The translations under genes were made by a program, and so were the position numbers. Source: Adineta vaga (Eukaryota > Animalia > Rotifera). Taken from it: a DNA stretch of 64,000 nt. Positions 49,658-63,653 of the stretch are shown here, in pieces. The stretch spans positions 62,001-126,000 of the forward strand of contig CP075492.1 in assembly GCA_021613535.1 (NCBI GenBank). The letters run 5' to 3'. Positions within the stretch are counted from its first letter, which is position 1. Each line of letters begins with the position of its first letter. The notes under the pieces are model-generated. The model worked only from the letters and a program-made list of their open reading frames with translations. It was not told where the DNA came from and made no database searches.

Positions 49658-50545
49658 CTAATGCAGTTGATGTACATAGTGAGTTGAATTAGTATGAAAT
49701 AACTCAGTTTTGTATTTGTTAATACATTCCATACTAGCATTGATATTAGCTAAACGTTGATCAATAAGATGTAACATAAATGAACTGAAGTTGTCATTGG
49801 TACGCAATGCCCTACTAATTTTCCACAATTCATTCTTGCCATTATGAAATTGTTTTTCATAAAAACTTATTTGTTTTTCGATTGAGCTGATATAATTTGA
49901 ATATGTATTATGTTTTGTATGTTCCACAATAATTTTATATTGTTCATATAGTTGTTCTTGAAGACTTGGTTGTTCAATACAATTAATCTGAGGTATTTCA
50001 ACTATGGATTGATGATCAAATGGATGAAACGATAGATGTACAAATGCGTTATTTTTCAATAAATTTAATTCATGTTTTGTTTTTTCTAAGTTTGTTTTCA
50101 TATGACAGAGTCGTTCTACTAATTGTATCTAGAATAAATGTATACAGAGAAAACGAAATACTTGACACACACAGATGTAATTGATAAAACTTACTAGTTG
50201 ATCCGTTGGTTTCTCAACTAAATATTGCCTCTGTAAGATTTCATCAATATGATCATACCGAATAAGTGCTTTTTGACAATCGATCTCGAGATGTAAAGTA
50301 ACAATTCCTCGTCGAATGAATTTTTCAATTATATATTCCGTACATGGCGTATAGTCTGATAGAGAACTCGTCTTAATACGTAATCCATGTCGATATTCTT
50401 CTATTGTCGTATACAATTGATTAAGACAACCATTAACAAAATTTAAACAAGCATTATCTTCATGTTTGAGAGAGTCATTTGATGACTGATAGATTTCCAG
50501 TAATGATAAAACTTCTCTTGACCAAATATTTTTCTGTGTTTCGTT
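49658..50545 (-). pseudogene. Terminon coiled-coil ORF, 5'-truncated
   Basis: YLVEKPTDQL|gt intron and LIDQRLANI...INKYK C-terminus, like the CC ORFs at 7090 and 11295. Confidence 0.7.
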
Positions 50546-50581
50546 GATTGTTAATGTCGTTGAGAATCCACCAAGACCTGA

Positions 50582-52707
50582 CCCAGGTGATTTGATCCGA
50601 CCTGTAGATCCGACAGGATCTTATCGGATCCGAAATCAGATTGCGTCGGAAACCGTCGGATTCCCATACAAATCCGACCGGAACCCAACCGACTTTCACC
50701 GGAATCCTAACCAACGGATTCCGACGCGGATTGCACCGGGAGGAATCCGACAGGAACCCGTCACAGAAAAATATCCGGTTTCAGCAGAATCCCGACTGCG
50801 GAAAACATCGGATATTCACCGTATTCGACCGCTTCTTATCGGAAAAGAGAAGCAAATCCAGCAATCAGCAATTTCGCCCCAGATTTTACCTAGATTACAG
50901 TATATTAAACACAGATTACACATAGATCACACCACATTATGCCTAGATTACAGCATATTTTTCAAGATTTCACCCAGATTACACCTAGGTTACACCAGAT
51001 TACAGCATATTACACCTATATTATAATGTATTACTCACGAGTTTTCCCAGAATAAACCATATTCGTCAATAACGTAATTGGGTTGTGAAATGCTTCATAG
51101 ACGCAACGGTGTACTCTAGATTACCAGCAATAAATAAAATATGTAATCTAGATTTCGGCGAAGTGAAGAGATTACGCAAAAGTGAGCGGTATATATAGGC
51201 GTGGAGGTGTAATCTAGATTACGGGCAATAAATATAATCTGTAAATGAATAATATACAAAATTTATACAATGGATATTATAACGGGCAAAGATAAAACCA
51301 GATATTTACTGGAATATGATCAATATAGATATCGATTAGATTTTCTTTAAGTAAAGATCAATGCACGATTCAGCATAGTCGTTTATAAGTAGTTTTTACA
51401 AAAAAATTATTTTAGAATCGACTATGTTCACAGAATGGTTAGAAGCTACCTTGTAGTTAATTTAAAAAAATATCGTGATCATCTATTATCTGTCTAATAG
51501 TTTAAGATCGCGGAGAGAGTCCATCTCGTTTCTGTTAGATTTTACTCAATATTCGACGATTATTAATAATATTCAACTAAGATTTACTCTCAGTAATCAG
51601 TTATAATTAAACAATCTCTGTTTATCGTTTTTATATGACCACTATGTTAAAGCAGAGTAACTGATTCACCATACGAATTTCAATCAGTCTTCACTAGTAG
51701 AGATTACGTTATTTTGTGTCGATCAAAAATCAATGCAGATGGTTAAAAAGTATTAGCATTTGATAAGAAGGATTGGATATAACGAAAAAACCAAAGTAAA
51801 TACTAGAATATTAGATTCTGAAAAATTGGAAATTTTAGAAGATTCATTAGAAATCTGTAGATATCAAGATTTAATTACAACTTGAATATCAGTGATTTTA
51901 TCACGATTTCGGATATTTTTCCGTAGTTTCTATCGAATTTCAGCTGTTTTTAATGATTCGTTTTCTATCTCTTTTTTTGAAATGAAAAATCATAATCTGG
52001 AATCATTTCTAATGATTTCTCCTTCAGAAATCATTTTTTCCCTCTACGTCAATGTATAATAGTACAATCAACATCAAAACCTACCTGTCATTTGACAGGT
52101 ATATTGCTTAACATTTAAGCAATTATTTTCGTGGTATCTGATGACTATTTGTAATTACCAACATTTCAGAATTACTCTTGTATTTGGCACACATATGATC
52201 ATAATCGTTATTAGGTTTGATTTCCCTTGACAAATCATATCGCACTAAGTTGCAAATGTAATTGAGAAATATTATTTCTTTCACTGAAGTCTAATCGTTA
52301 TGCTAAATGACGTTTATAACTTCTCGATTATTTCCGATATGTACCTGTGACAAGTTCCTGGCGGATCTATATTTTCGGACAGCGTTAAAACTCGATCAAA
52401 GGAATTCCTGTGTTCCTGTAGCATCCGACAAGTTCCGGTAACAGTAATTGAACGGTTTTTCCCGGAATCTGGGGTTATGTGAAACTGTAAATTCCGGTAA
52501 TTTCTTGACACCGGATCACACCGGATCTGACCGGTTCCGAATATATGTATCTTGCCGGGAATTGCCGGATCCGATAAGCGGATATCAAGGGAAGTTAATA
52601 GATTGCATCGGAATCCGTTGACAAGTGGCCGACCGGATCCGATCATCCATTTAACAACGGATTTGATAGATCCCCAACAGGATCCGATGGACACGTTTTG
52701 ACCTGGG
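50582..52707. mobile_element. Non-autonomous CCCAGGT-terminus (CACTA/EnSpm-like) element
   Basis: CCCAGGT and ACCTGGG ends with dense GGATCCG/AATCCG subterminal repeats at both ends and internal AGATTACA repeats. No TSD; left boundary approximate. Confidence 0.6.
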
Positions 52708-52987
52708 ACTGTGTAATTCACAAGATACTGTTCTTAAATAGCATTTTATCGCCAGTAAGTGGCTAAAATGTTTAATGGATTCTGCTACCAAATGTATGCA
52801 TTTGTACCGGTATTAGCTTTAAAATTTTCAAAAGAAAACGAATGATACAAGGTACGTATTCATTTACGCCTACTGGTAACAATATCAAACTATATGTGAA
52901 ACAATACAGATGTCTTTAATAATACCATGATTATAAAAATCAGTGAAAATATTTGACTATTTACACATTTTTAGTGTTTCAATCAAT

Positions 52988-53299
52988 ATGCATAGTTATC
53001 CTTTAGCTGCTTTCCTCTTAATATTCGTTCCCGGTTGTATTTATTCCAGTGAACTCAATCGTGACAAACGTTGTGCAACTTGTTGTGGCCCACCTCCATG
53101 TTGTAACTGTTGTGGTTTACCAAAATGTGGTTTTAAATTCAATCTAACTGACTTAATTAATCTAACCACCGAACCAATGGTAATCACATCAACTGTCTCC
53201 ACTCCGGTGGTTCGTGTAACTCGACCTCCAATGTGTCTCACGTGTTGTGGAAAACCATCTTGTTGTAATACATGTGGACTCGATATTAAATCTAATTAA
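52988..53299 (+). CDS. Small secreted Cys-rich prepropeptide
   Basis: Signal peptide, DKR cleavage site, then CATCCGPPPCCNCCG and CLTCCGKPSCCNTCG joined by a Thr-rich linker. Confidence 0.7.
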   Translation: MHSYPLAAFLLIFVPGCIYSSELNRDKRCATCCGPPPCCNCCGLPKCGFKFNLTDLINLTTEPMVITSTVSTPVVRVTRPPMCLTCCGKPSCCNTCGLDIKSN

Positions 53300-54358
53300 A
53301 TTTCTAATAAAAATTATTGACACATTCCGGAGTCTTTTAAATAGAAGATAGTTACTAAAGAAATCTATTTTGAAGTTGAATTTGAAAAGAATATGAAAAT
53401 ACAATTGATTTTTATTTCATTAACTCTTTGAGTCCCGGGTTTTTTTTTTCAAAAAAAAACGAAACTCTTTAATAAAATCTCTACAAATGACCTCTATTCT
53501 TTAAAAAGTAATTCTGTTTTTGTCACAAATAGTCACTATTAGGTCATCTTTGTATGGTAGTCTTTAAAGCAATCAACAATACAAACATGTGTATCACAGT
53601 CAGGAAAAATATATCGTGTATCACTACGAATATTATGCGATGCACAAGTGACTTATATTCTTCGCAGTTGATTTGATTGTGAGACTTACAGAATAAGTGC
53701 AAGAATATGTCGAGTAGTTAGACGAAGAGGAGAATCTCTTATAGATAGTCTTCCAATAGTAGTTGATCTTTGTAGTTCATAGTTTATCAAAGTTCCTCCA
53801 GTTATTTCAAGCCTAAAATCAGATACCCAGATTCAGCAATCCAACACCGTATCTTACAAAATCTTGTAAGTTCCAACTATCCTACACAATCCTATTGGAT
53901 TGATTGACCTTGGATGATATATGTTATCATCTAATAAAAGATAAAAGGATGTTCCAAACGATTAAAGAATATTAGTTTAAAACATGTTGAGGGTGGGTGT
54001 GGGGTTACTACATGTATCTAACACCCACACCCTAATGTTAATTTATTCTTCAGTATTATGATCATTAAATTAGGTATGTGCGGCGTCAGTGACAATACAC
54101 TAAAACTATTACACTGATATGAGTATGGATATATAAGAGTAGAAAATATACATTTAAATATAATTATTTCAGTATTTTAGTTCAGAAATTTGTATTTGAT
54201 TTCTATCGAATCTACGAATAAATTTGATTAACATTCAATTGATTTCTTCGCACTGTACTAATCGAGTCAAAACAACTGAAGATTCATTCAGTGCTACGCA
54301 TTGTTGACTATATTGAGCCAGTATCCGACGTTCAAGGGATTATAAATATTGGACAATA

Positions 54359-55591
54359 CTATTGTAATTTTTGTAAATGATCACAACACCAGTAATCAAT
54401 TTCATTAGGAGATGTTGATTTTGACAGCATCAGAGGATGTAGAATAGTGTACCGATCGAAACTATGTGGTAAAGTATACAAATAGATGGAAGCCCATTGT
54501 TGATCATTAATCCATTTGCACCGTACAAACCATCGATGATCTCTTATCCAAAAATTAGTACTAAACGATTGAAGTAAAGTGTCAACATGATTCTCTTTCA
54601 TATCACAGTTCCAATAGTACTCTTTCATTTTCAATTGAAAAGTGTTTAATTTTGGTAAATGATTGACAATAATCTTTTTCCATTGATATCCATTTATTTC
54701 AATGTAAAATCTATCTCTCCTGATATTCGTATAATGATCGGAGTTATGCTCATATCTGCCGTATAACCAATGACGTATTTTTCCCAAATATGTATTCAAT
54801 AACTCAATCGTCAAATGTCGTAAATTAGGCATACATGTCAAAAACTTTTCTATCGCAAATGAAGCATCACGAGCATAAAGTTTCAGTGAAACGATTGATT
54901 CTAACTGATATAATGAAATGTCATTCATAAAATATTCATTTATTTCTATGGATAAATGTGTAAGGTGAGGTGTATGTATGATTAATCTTAACAAATCACT
55001 GAATTGAATATTCACAGACTGTATAGTCAAATACTTTAAATACGAAGACGTAATTGTTGGGGATAGATAATGTATTCGCCCATGAAAACTAATATCAACA
55101 TGACACCGAATTAACTTAGGAATTTGCCAAATATTATCAATCAGCAACTGATATCGCCCATTGGTCAAAGACATATAACACTTATTGAAACGAAGGTAAG
55201 TTAGATGAGGAATAAAATGACATTCGCTGATGATTTCTTTGATAGTTTCATAGGATGACATATGATCAAACGAAAGTAATCGCAGGTTTGAAAAAGAACG
55301 AATAAGTAAACTTCGACAAAAAAGATGTTGGATTAAATCTTGTAATTCATCATTATTTGAGAAGCGAATAGAAGTAATTCGATCAGGAAATTTACATATG
55401 TAGAAAGAAAAGATACTTGAAAAAGTGTTCTTTGATATCGATTGAAAATCAAAATGATAATTTCGACTCGAAGAGAATAATAACGAATTAAATCGATTGT
55501 TGAGACCATAAAATGCTTGAAAAATATGAACATCATCAAGAAATTCGAATAGATATAATAATATTTCGTTGGGGAATGATTCTAAATTCAT
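54359..55591 (-). CDS. F-box/LRR-like protein (C-terminus possibly degenerate)
   Basis: N-terminal LESFPNEILLYLFEFL...AFYGLNNRFN, LRR-like LxxLxI repeats, and FSTNFW...WFV...LYTLP block. Confidence 0.8.
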   Translation of the reverse strand: MNLESFPNEILLYLFEFLDDVHIFQAFYGLNNRFNSLLFSSSRNYHFDFQSISKNTFSSIFSFYICKFPDRITSIRFSNNDELQDLIQHLFCRSLLIRSFSNLRLLSFDHMSSYETIKEIISECHFIPHLTYLRFNKCYMSLTNGRYQLLIDNIWQIPKLIRCHVDISFHGRIHYLSPTITSSYLKYLTIQSVNIQFSDLLRLIIHTPHLTHLSIEINEYFMNDISLYQLESIVSLKLYARDASFAIEKFLTCMPNLRHLTIELLNTYLGKIRHWLYGRYEHNSDHYTNIRRDRFYIEINGYQWKKIIVNHLPKLNTFQLKMKEYYWNCDMKENHVDTLLQSFSTNFWIRDHRWFVRCKWINDQQWASIYLYTLPHSFDRYTILHPLMLSKSTSPNEIDYWCCDHLQKLQ

Positions 55592-56294
55592 TATCTCTTT
55601 CCTAATTATTAGATTAAAAAATTAATAATCTACAATAAAAAAATATTTTTTTTATTACTTAATCGATTTTACAATTATTTTCAGAAGATTTCCCTTATCT
55701 CTGTAAGTATTTCACAATTTCAAGAAAATTATTATCAGAAGGTCAGATTTCATCATTCTATCTAATTATGGTCAATAACTTCGTTTTACTTACTCAGAAA
55801 TATCTTTTCGGTTTAGTCGTAATAGAATGGATGTATCCGATGCTTCTTAATTAAAAAAAACGATCTTTTTCCAACTTGCTTAGAGAAGTATTGATATGAA
55901 ATTCACAAAATTGCTTTATCGTTGCGAAATATGTGTGTAGGAACAACAGAACGAAAAATAGTCAACCAATCGAATGTTAATAGAAAAAGATTGCGCTAAT
56001 CAACGTTGATACCTTTGTTTTTTTCATGACAATTGAGGGTAAAGGGTGGAGTGCAAGTTTTCACCTATCCGTCACTAACTAGTGCATACTACATATATAA
56101 GAACTTTCATAGTTACTCTTTATTGCAAAAAAAGTAGCAACATTTTTTAAGAAACTCTTTATGTATAAAAATTTATTAAAACCCAGAGCCAGATCGATCC
56201 AATGGGCTTTATCCGTAATCCATATATTCTTCTCTATCGAAGAATTCTATAGTATTGAAATAATCATAAAAAAAGTAATGAAAATAAAAAAGAA

Positions 56295-59043
56295 CTATTC
56301 ATCATATTGTTGTTCTTCTTGTTTCAATTTAATTTGAATATTTTTTAAATATTTTTGATTATCAAGTAGATCAAAATGTTTTGGTGAAAGTATTTGAGAA
56401 TAAATTTGATCAGTTTTTATATAATATTGTAAAGCTAAATAAAATTTTCCCGTATCTTGACAAACTTCTCCAATATTATGATATGTTAAAGCAAATGATA
56501 AATGTATTTGTGGAAGTGATTTATGAAATATATCTAAACTTTGGATTATAATAGAATAAAGCATTGAAATAATCTTTCTTTTTATGATAAATAACTCCAA
56601 TATTTCTATATGTTCGTCCAATAATAAAATGATCATTTGGTAAAATATATTTTTCAATATTTAAAACATAATTTTGATAGATTAATGCCTGTTGAAATTG
56701 ATTTTGTTCATTAAATATACTACTGATATTCAGATATGTTTTCGATATTTCCAAATTTTCATTTTAATAAAAACTTTGTTGAATTTTTAAACATTGATTA
56801 TAATATTTCAATGCTTGTTTATAATTTTTCTCATATCGAAATGTATTAGCAAGATTATTATAACATGCAGCAATATTTTGATTAATCTTTAACGATTTTC
56901 GATGATAATTAATTGAAGATTGATAATTTCCTTTGATATTTTCAATAATTTCTAGACCTGTATAACAACATGATATCATATGAGATGAGTTTTTATTTAA
57001 ATCATTTAATTGTTGATGATAACAAAATTCCGCTTGATTATATTTTCTAATAAATTTCCAAGTGAAATAAACGTTGGATTCGATAATAAATGTTTATTTA
57101 AATGTGAAAATAATTCATTTAGTTCATGATCATTTTCATCACAAAGCTTTGATTGAATTATTTGATTTTGATCTTGTTGAAAAATGTTTTTTATTTTAAA
57201 AATACTTCCAATAATAAATAAGACTTCACATTCATCTCCAAAATAATTATATGAAGATATATTAACATAAGGTTTTGTATGTTTAATAGATGAATCAATT
57301 TCAATTTGAAATAAAATTGCTTGAAAATCATTTAATAATAAATCATTTATTTCAGGTAAATAAAATGAAGCTACTTTATAATTAATTGTTGTTGAAAGAA
57401 AACTATTCATTGAAATATATTGTTCAATAGAAGATTTCATATGAGAAAATTCTTCATTTGAAACGTTCCCTAATTGTCCACGATAAACATATTTTATTGA
57501 TTGATCAATTGTTTCTTTTGGAATTTGTTTTAATTGTTGATGTAAATCAGAAATAAATGTTCGAAATATAATTAATGTATGAATATCTTTAGTTCGTAAT
57601 GCTTTATTTAAAATTTTATAAAAACAACAGTCTCGTGTGTACCACCATAAACTAGTTTTCTAATTGGAATTATTCTCTTCAAATTCTTCAATTATTTTCA
57701 GTTCATTCAATTTATTTTCGTTGATTTTTTACAAAATTTAATGAATTCTAAGCGATCATCTTTTCAATAATTCATTCGTAAAAGTATTTCAATAAAAAGT
57801 TGCATCCAAAGAAAATTCCTTTTGATATTTGTAGAAGATTTTTCAATAGATGATAATGATGGATTGTAAATTGATATTGGTAATGGAGTCAAATTTTCAA
57901 ATCTTCTTTTATCATTTTTTATTGCTTTGATTAAATCAGTTGGCTTTGTGAACATTAAACGAATCTATAATATAATCATAAGAAATAATATGTTAAAAGT
58001 TTTCATATTCACCATCGATATTTCAAAGACTTTTCTTTTTAGAATCGAACATATGCTGATTTGAAGCTATCTACCGGTTTTCTTAGGACACACCCTCACA
58101 CCTTCCCTTGAACATATACGTATATCGTGTCGCGATCCCTTCCGATGGAGCATTATGTTAATGACTGCAGAACAAAAGAATTATAGGTTTTATTCGCGAA
58201 AGTTACTCTTTTTTGGAACAAAAACAGTGAAAAGTAGAAATATGATGGAGAACAATCATGCTGAAGTAGTTGCCAAAAAATTCAATTTAGTTTTTAGAAA
58301 TTCTATTTTTTCAAGTACAATTAGTTATTGGAATATCTTGATCTCTTGATATTATGAGACATAATCCTGAATTATATAGTATAAAACAACTTTGTACATT
58401 TAAGATATTCCAACATTATAAAAAGTGTCAATTTACTAATATTTTTAGATACAATAGTCAAGACCTTCGTTCAATAGATATATCGAAATATCTGAGAATA
58501 TCATTCGAATGCATTTACAATGATCCTGAACAATACTACATACTTAGAGGAAAGGAAACTTCTAAAGATCATACTTCACTCAGGTCATCTGGGTGAAATA
58601 ATTTTTAATCCCACCCATAATTTTCAGCTCCAGTATGTGTATATTAAGGGTTAATTATCGTTCGAAATTGATTTATCCAGATTTCATTCTTTTCTTCATC
58701 TTGACAATATATATAAATGGTTATTAATCGTGGTAATGAATGAATTTTTGCAACAAGTATTTTTTCAAATGCATTCGAAACAACTAAAAACATTTCTCGT
58801 TATTTAACGTTGTTATTCGTCGATTAAGATAGATTTCAAATAATTCAATTGTATCATAAACAGTTTGATACCATTCACTAATTCATTTAATTGTCGTTGT
58901 ATTTGAAAATAATCATTTGTTTTATTCATATTCTCATCTAACCAAAATAAAGTCAATGTTCTTTCATAACTTTCATTTTCTGATGTTGTCATTATTATTT
59001 TGTTTTCATTCATGATTGAATGTTTTGTTTTGTATTGACCCAT
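56295..59043 (-). pseudogene. ADP-ribosyltransferase plus TPR-repeat protein, heavily disrupted
   Basis: WWYTRD, VYRGQ, SMNSFLSTT and ECEVLF, followed by TPR-like repeats (AACYNNLA, YHNIG). Many frameshifts and a foreign insert at ~58090-58650. Confidence 0.75.
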
Positions 59044-59202
59044 GGTTTCTTTTCTTCTGTTAAATTTCTTCAACGAAATAGAAATTGAAAAAGATGAGAT
59101 AAAATGAAAAAAAAGATTCATGATATTTCTTTATCTAAAATTTGATTCAACATGCGTAAAAATGATAACGATTAATATATATATATATAAATAATGTATC
59201 TC

Positions 59203-59983
59203 TTTTTTCCAACTAAGTTTCAATGTCTTCTTTACAAGTTCTTATTAGTTATTACAACACTTTTCTTTTATGTTACAATAGCTACTAATGAATCAGATTG
59301 CAATAGTTGTTGTCAGAATTCTACTAAGTGTACACAAAGTTATTTCAATCGACCAAGTTTATCATAGCTTTGAATTTATATAGGAAATATTGATTTTGTT
59401 TCGATTTAGGTCGATGGTGTTGCTCAGGTAGAAATTTATTTCATTGAATTAAAATAAAAAATATTTTCTCATTTTTCTTCAAGCAAATGATTATTGTATC
59501 AATTATTCTTCAGTGAAATGTTCAAGTAATCAACTTTTCAGTCTGAGTAATATCTGAAACTTTCGATTACCTTCTACTCATATCTCCGAATCTATTCATC
59601 TTGCACCTATGGAAATTGAGCATATTAATAATAATAATAATAATAATGATCATGCTACTCAAACAGAAGAAGAAGAATCAGGTAGTTCAAGCGGCAAATA
59701 TTACTCGGGTGAAAAGAATAACGCAAGAGTAGTTATTGGAGTCAGCATTACTGTCTTTATAATCGCTTGTATTTGTATGGCATTATGTTGTCATGCATGT
59801 GGTTGTGTGAATGAATCAAATCATTATGTACATCGTCCATCATCATTTGAAAATCCAAATATATGGAGAAGAACATCACCACCTTATAATGAAGTTAATT
59901 TTGAACATTTCAGAGACAATCGTCGTCCAAATGTTATTGTTTTAGAATATAAACCAAAAACTATTCCTATTGTAACTGTCTAA
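59203..59983 (+). pseudogene. Single-pass membrane protein with Cys-rich ectodomain, probably disrupted
   Basis: Signal-like MSSLQVLISYYNTFLYV exon, Cys-rich short exons, and TM VVIGVSITVFIIACICMALCC in ORF 59609-59983. Confidence 0.4.
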
Positions 59984-60221
59984 GGTTTGATAATGATAAT
60001 ATTTTTTCATTAAGAGAAAGTTTGTAATGAGAATCAATAATGAATTTTACATTCGAATAAAAAAAAGAAGAAATCAAAGAGAAACAAAAGGATTTCTGTT
60101 GAATTTTGTGACGTTCTTATACATCCAGGTAATGATGAAATAATTCAATTCGACTAACAATTAATTCTTTATGTTCTTTATAAGTTTGATTCTTTTGTAT
60201 TAATGATCGTTGTCGAACAGA

Positions 60222-60586
60222 TCAGGATACAATAAGTAAAGCTGAGAATAAATTAGCTATGAATGAAATACGAAGATGAAAATATAAAATAATTATTATA
60301 TTATAAGTTTGAATAGAAAATGAAGAATAACGAATAACACACCAGACATGTTGATTTATTGTACTTTTATAGATTGTATCAGTTGATGTTCTGTTGCACT
60401 TTGATTCAATTACGTTCTTTAGAAAACTTTCAGTTTCATATTCGTACATGTCTCGATATAAAGGATCACGAATAAAACTTACCATAATATAAAATGGTAG
60501 AATAAAAATAATCCATCGAGCAATCATTTTGTTCTTATTTTTTGTTAAATTTAATACCTTTGAAAACTTGCATTGCTCGTTCAATA
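60222..60586 (-). pseudogene. Rhodopsin-like GPCR fragment (about TM3-TM5)
   Basis: IERAMQVFKG, ARWIIFILPF, WCVIRYS and FIANLFSALLI; frameshifted and cut by the MITE. Confidence 0.5.
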
Positions 60587-61673
60587 CAGGGCTGCCATAT
60601 GTTCAGGCTTAAGATGGGGTACATTTGAGGTACAGTACTGGTCAAAATGGGGTGCGTCATGAGGTACACAGTTTTTTTGCGTGAGTTATAGGAACTACCA
60701 ATGAGAGATCTATTTGAAAAAGTTTTGTTTTTCAGTAAAAACTCTATTTTGGGTCTTTTTCTCTGTTCTGAAAATAATCTTCGAGTTCTAGCTTTTATAT
60801 CCGAAACAAGTGGTTCACGAATGCATCTTTTTGCGCTATATATTTGTTCAAAAAGACTAAAATATTCGCTTAAAGTCAAGCACCTAGTCAGAAGTTTTTG
60901 GCGGATTGAATAGAGAGATATTTTGATTGCGGAGAAACGTCATAGACGTTAGTAACTTTTAGAAACTTTACCAAAAGAATTTCAAATGTTCAAGCACTTT
61001 TAGGAATTTTGCCTTGATTTTTAAAGATTTTCGAAGTTTTAATGTTTACTTTTTCGAAATTCTTTGAAAAAGCTTTGGAAGGTTTCTATAAACTTTTCGC
61101 TAACTCGAAGAATAATTCCAAAATTCTCAAACAAAATGTTATTTCACCTGATAGGAAAAAAATTAAAAATATTTGCATTCTGCGCTGTCTACCAGGAACC
61201 CAATCTTTCGATCCACAAGAAATCAATCTCTCTAATCTTCTCTAAAACTGTGCCTACTTAATGAAAGTCTTCTATGTTTGCATTAAGTAATAGACGTTTT
61301 TCTGTAGAGCAATATTTCTGTTTGCTTTTAGCAGATCTAATGTGTTCTGGTTGAGATTCTAAAAAAGAGGAAAAATTTTAGGTTTTATCTTAATATTTAA
61401 TCGTATCTTTAACTGAGTAGCAACTGCTTCACTTGACATCGAGTTTCTATTCGGTGATAATACGTGCTTTATATGACTGAAATTGACTTTTCGTGTTTTT
61501 TCGCGAATCAATATGTTAACTACAGTCAATACATCTATTGATTTTAATCACAGATGCTTGTAATTTAGTGCAAAGACAAATAGCGCAAATGGGGTACAAA
61601 TGTTGTACCTCTGAGGTACAAATCGTTAAAATGAGGTACTGTACCCCCAAATGGGGTACAGATGGCAGCCCTG
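60587..61673. mobile_element. hAT-like MITE, no TSD
   Basis: TIR CAGGGCTGCCAT / ATGGCAGCCCTG with AAAATGGGGTAC/TGAGGTAC subterminal repeats; the flanking 8-mers differ. Confidence 0.8.
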
Positions 61674-62365
61674 CTATTACTTTATACTTAACATCTGCTC
61701 GTAAAATATCAATCATATCCATGACAACAACAGCCACACAAATTTCAACTGGTACAAAAAAATGCTTAAAATTTCTTCTAATCGTCTACTGTTTTTTTAT
61801 TATAGTATTTTCCACTACAAATAATATCAAGAACTCTACTATCATTACGACAATTTCTACTGTCACGTCTACAACTACTGGAACTACCACTACGGCTACT
61901 ATTAGTAATATTTGTACAGGTGGTTCCAGTTATACAACATAACTTCTCTATTTAAGTCTTACATCAACCCTTCCTTGGACAAAGTAGACATTCAATTACA
62001 CGGCACCTAATATTAATACAGCAAAAATAACTTTTGCGATGCGTAATGATCCATCGTTTTGGTATTTAGATGTTTTTTCAATCGTAAATAGTTCAGGACA
62101 TCAATTCTTATCCAATAGTGGTTTTGAAACAGGTGACCTTACAGCTTGGACATATTGTAATCCTAACAATGCGACCCATGCAGGTATAGTTGACAATTCA
62201 AATCCTTATACAGGGTCCTATGAATATGCAGATGGATCAGTAAATGCAAGCGACTATTTAAGCCAAACATTTAATGTTATACCGTATAATAATTATACTG
62301 TTAAATTTTGGCTTTCAGCTGCCTCCAACAGTTCATCATCTGCTTTCGTCACTATCTCTTCTTGA
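61674..62365 (+). pseudogene. Thr-rich linker plus carbohydrate-binding-like (NxGFE) domain gene fragment
   Basis: FWYLDVFSI, LSNSGFETGDLTAWTYC and LSQTF motifs; upstream stops and 5' truncation by the MITE. Confidence 0.5.
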
Positions 62366-62667
62366 ACATATTATGTAACATTTATCATAAACAGCAAATT
62401 TATCCTGTGCACATTTCATAAGTTGTGAAAGACAATGAGCGGTGTCACAACTCATTCGGTTAACAAATATTCCAGAAAAAGAGAACAAAATACCCAATAC
62501 TTCATGAATTTTGTAATAAAGCCTTTTTTTCTTTCTTTTCTGTTCTCGAATAGACATATTGCCTAGCAAATTATATTGAAGATGTAAGTATTTCATCTTA
62601 AACGATAGATTTTTTATTCAATTTCAAAACTAAACTAATCAGAATTAATTACGCAAAATAAGATTTT

Positions 62668-63521
62668 TTAATTATCATGTTCAAGAACTTCGTGGAAAAT
62701 GACTTCTTCATGTTGAAATTCTAAATGAGGATCAAATTCACATTTACGTACCACTTGAATTGAACTTCCAGCATAATTTTGAATACACCATTGTTCTTCT
62801 TTTCCTGTATTGTTATCCTTGTGAACATAAGATAATCGTTGTGCTTTATTTTTATTGTATGTAAAATAAGCTATATTAGGATTGCTGACATTACAATCAT
62901 AACTTGTAATCAATGTTTTGTATTTAACGTAGGTATCTAAAAATAAATGTGTCAATATAAAACTATTCTTTTTTTTTAATATTTCTGACAGATAACAATT
63001 TTAAATTGTCATAATTACAGATTTTAGAGAAATCATCTTCGAGTACTTGACAAGGAAAAAACATTAGGAAAATAACTCACCTGGTTCATATAGATTAAAA
63101 CTACCAACTTTTACACACACTTCTTGAATAAGAACACATTGATTAGTTAACGGATGCCATATCATACCAGCATTTCCAATCAAAACAAACAAAGAGTTAT
63201 TCCCTTGATATCTAAGTTGGGCTTGTTCTGGTGTAGTAGCAGTTCCTAGAAGTATTGTACCTGTAATACAATTAAATACATTTGAATTTTATTGAAGTAA
63301 GAGATGTTATACTTACAACCAAAAAGTGTTGACCACATAGGATCAGGATGTAAAGTATCGTTTGGAAAACGATATGGTGTGCCTGGAAATGCACAACGAC
63401 CATTGTCTGTTGTCCATCGAAATTTATATGTTTCAACTTCAGATAGTAAATGAATAGGTATTGAATATGTAATAACGATCGATATAACGAACAAACACAG
63501 TATATTGACGAAGATAAACAT
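62668..63521 (-). CDS. Putative secreted protein of unknown function, multi-exon
   Basis: Signal peptide MFIFVNILCLFVISIVITYS and intron-like breaks; no family recognised. Confidence 0.4.
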
Positions 63522-63588
63522 TTTGCTTGTAAAAGAATTCTCAATATTGATTTGGTTATTCGACTATATGCAGCATCAATTTATACGT

Positions 63589-63650
63589 TGGGTGGGTGTG
63601 GGTGTAAGTGAAGAAGATATACCTACACCCACACCCACACCCACACCCTC
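63589..63650. repeat. Opposed telomeric tracts (G-rich, short spacer, C-rich)
   Basis: GGGTGGGTGTGGGTGT-AAGTGAAGAAGATATACCT-ACACCCACACCCACACCCACACCCTC. Confidence 0.8.
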
Positions 63651-63653
63651 AAG

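Larger units (their letters stand above)
49279..50545 (-). mobile_element. Third Terminon 3' fragment
   Basis: Coiled-coil ORF remnant, two hammerheads and reverse telomeric repeats in the minus orientation. Confidence 0.8.

Noticed and set aside
50475-52721. ORFs 50544-51026, 50641-50925 and 52314-52721 as genes
   Set aside because: They coincide with GC-richer subterminal repeats of a non-autonomous transposon and show no protein motifs.
58090-58653. piggyBac-like insert in the ART-TPR pseudogene
   Set aside because: Only the right end (AAGGG-TTAA) is clear; the left TIR and TSD are not supportable.
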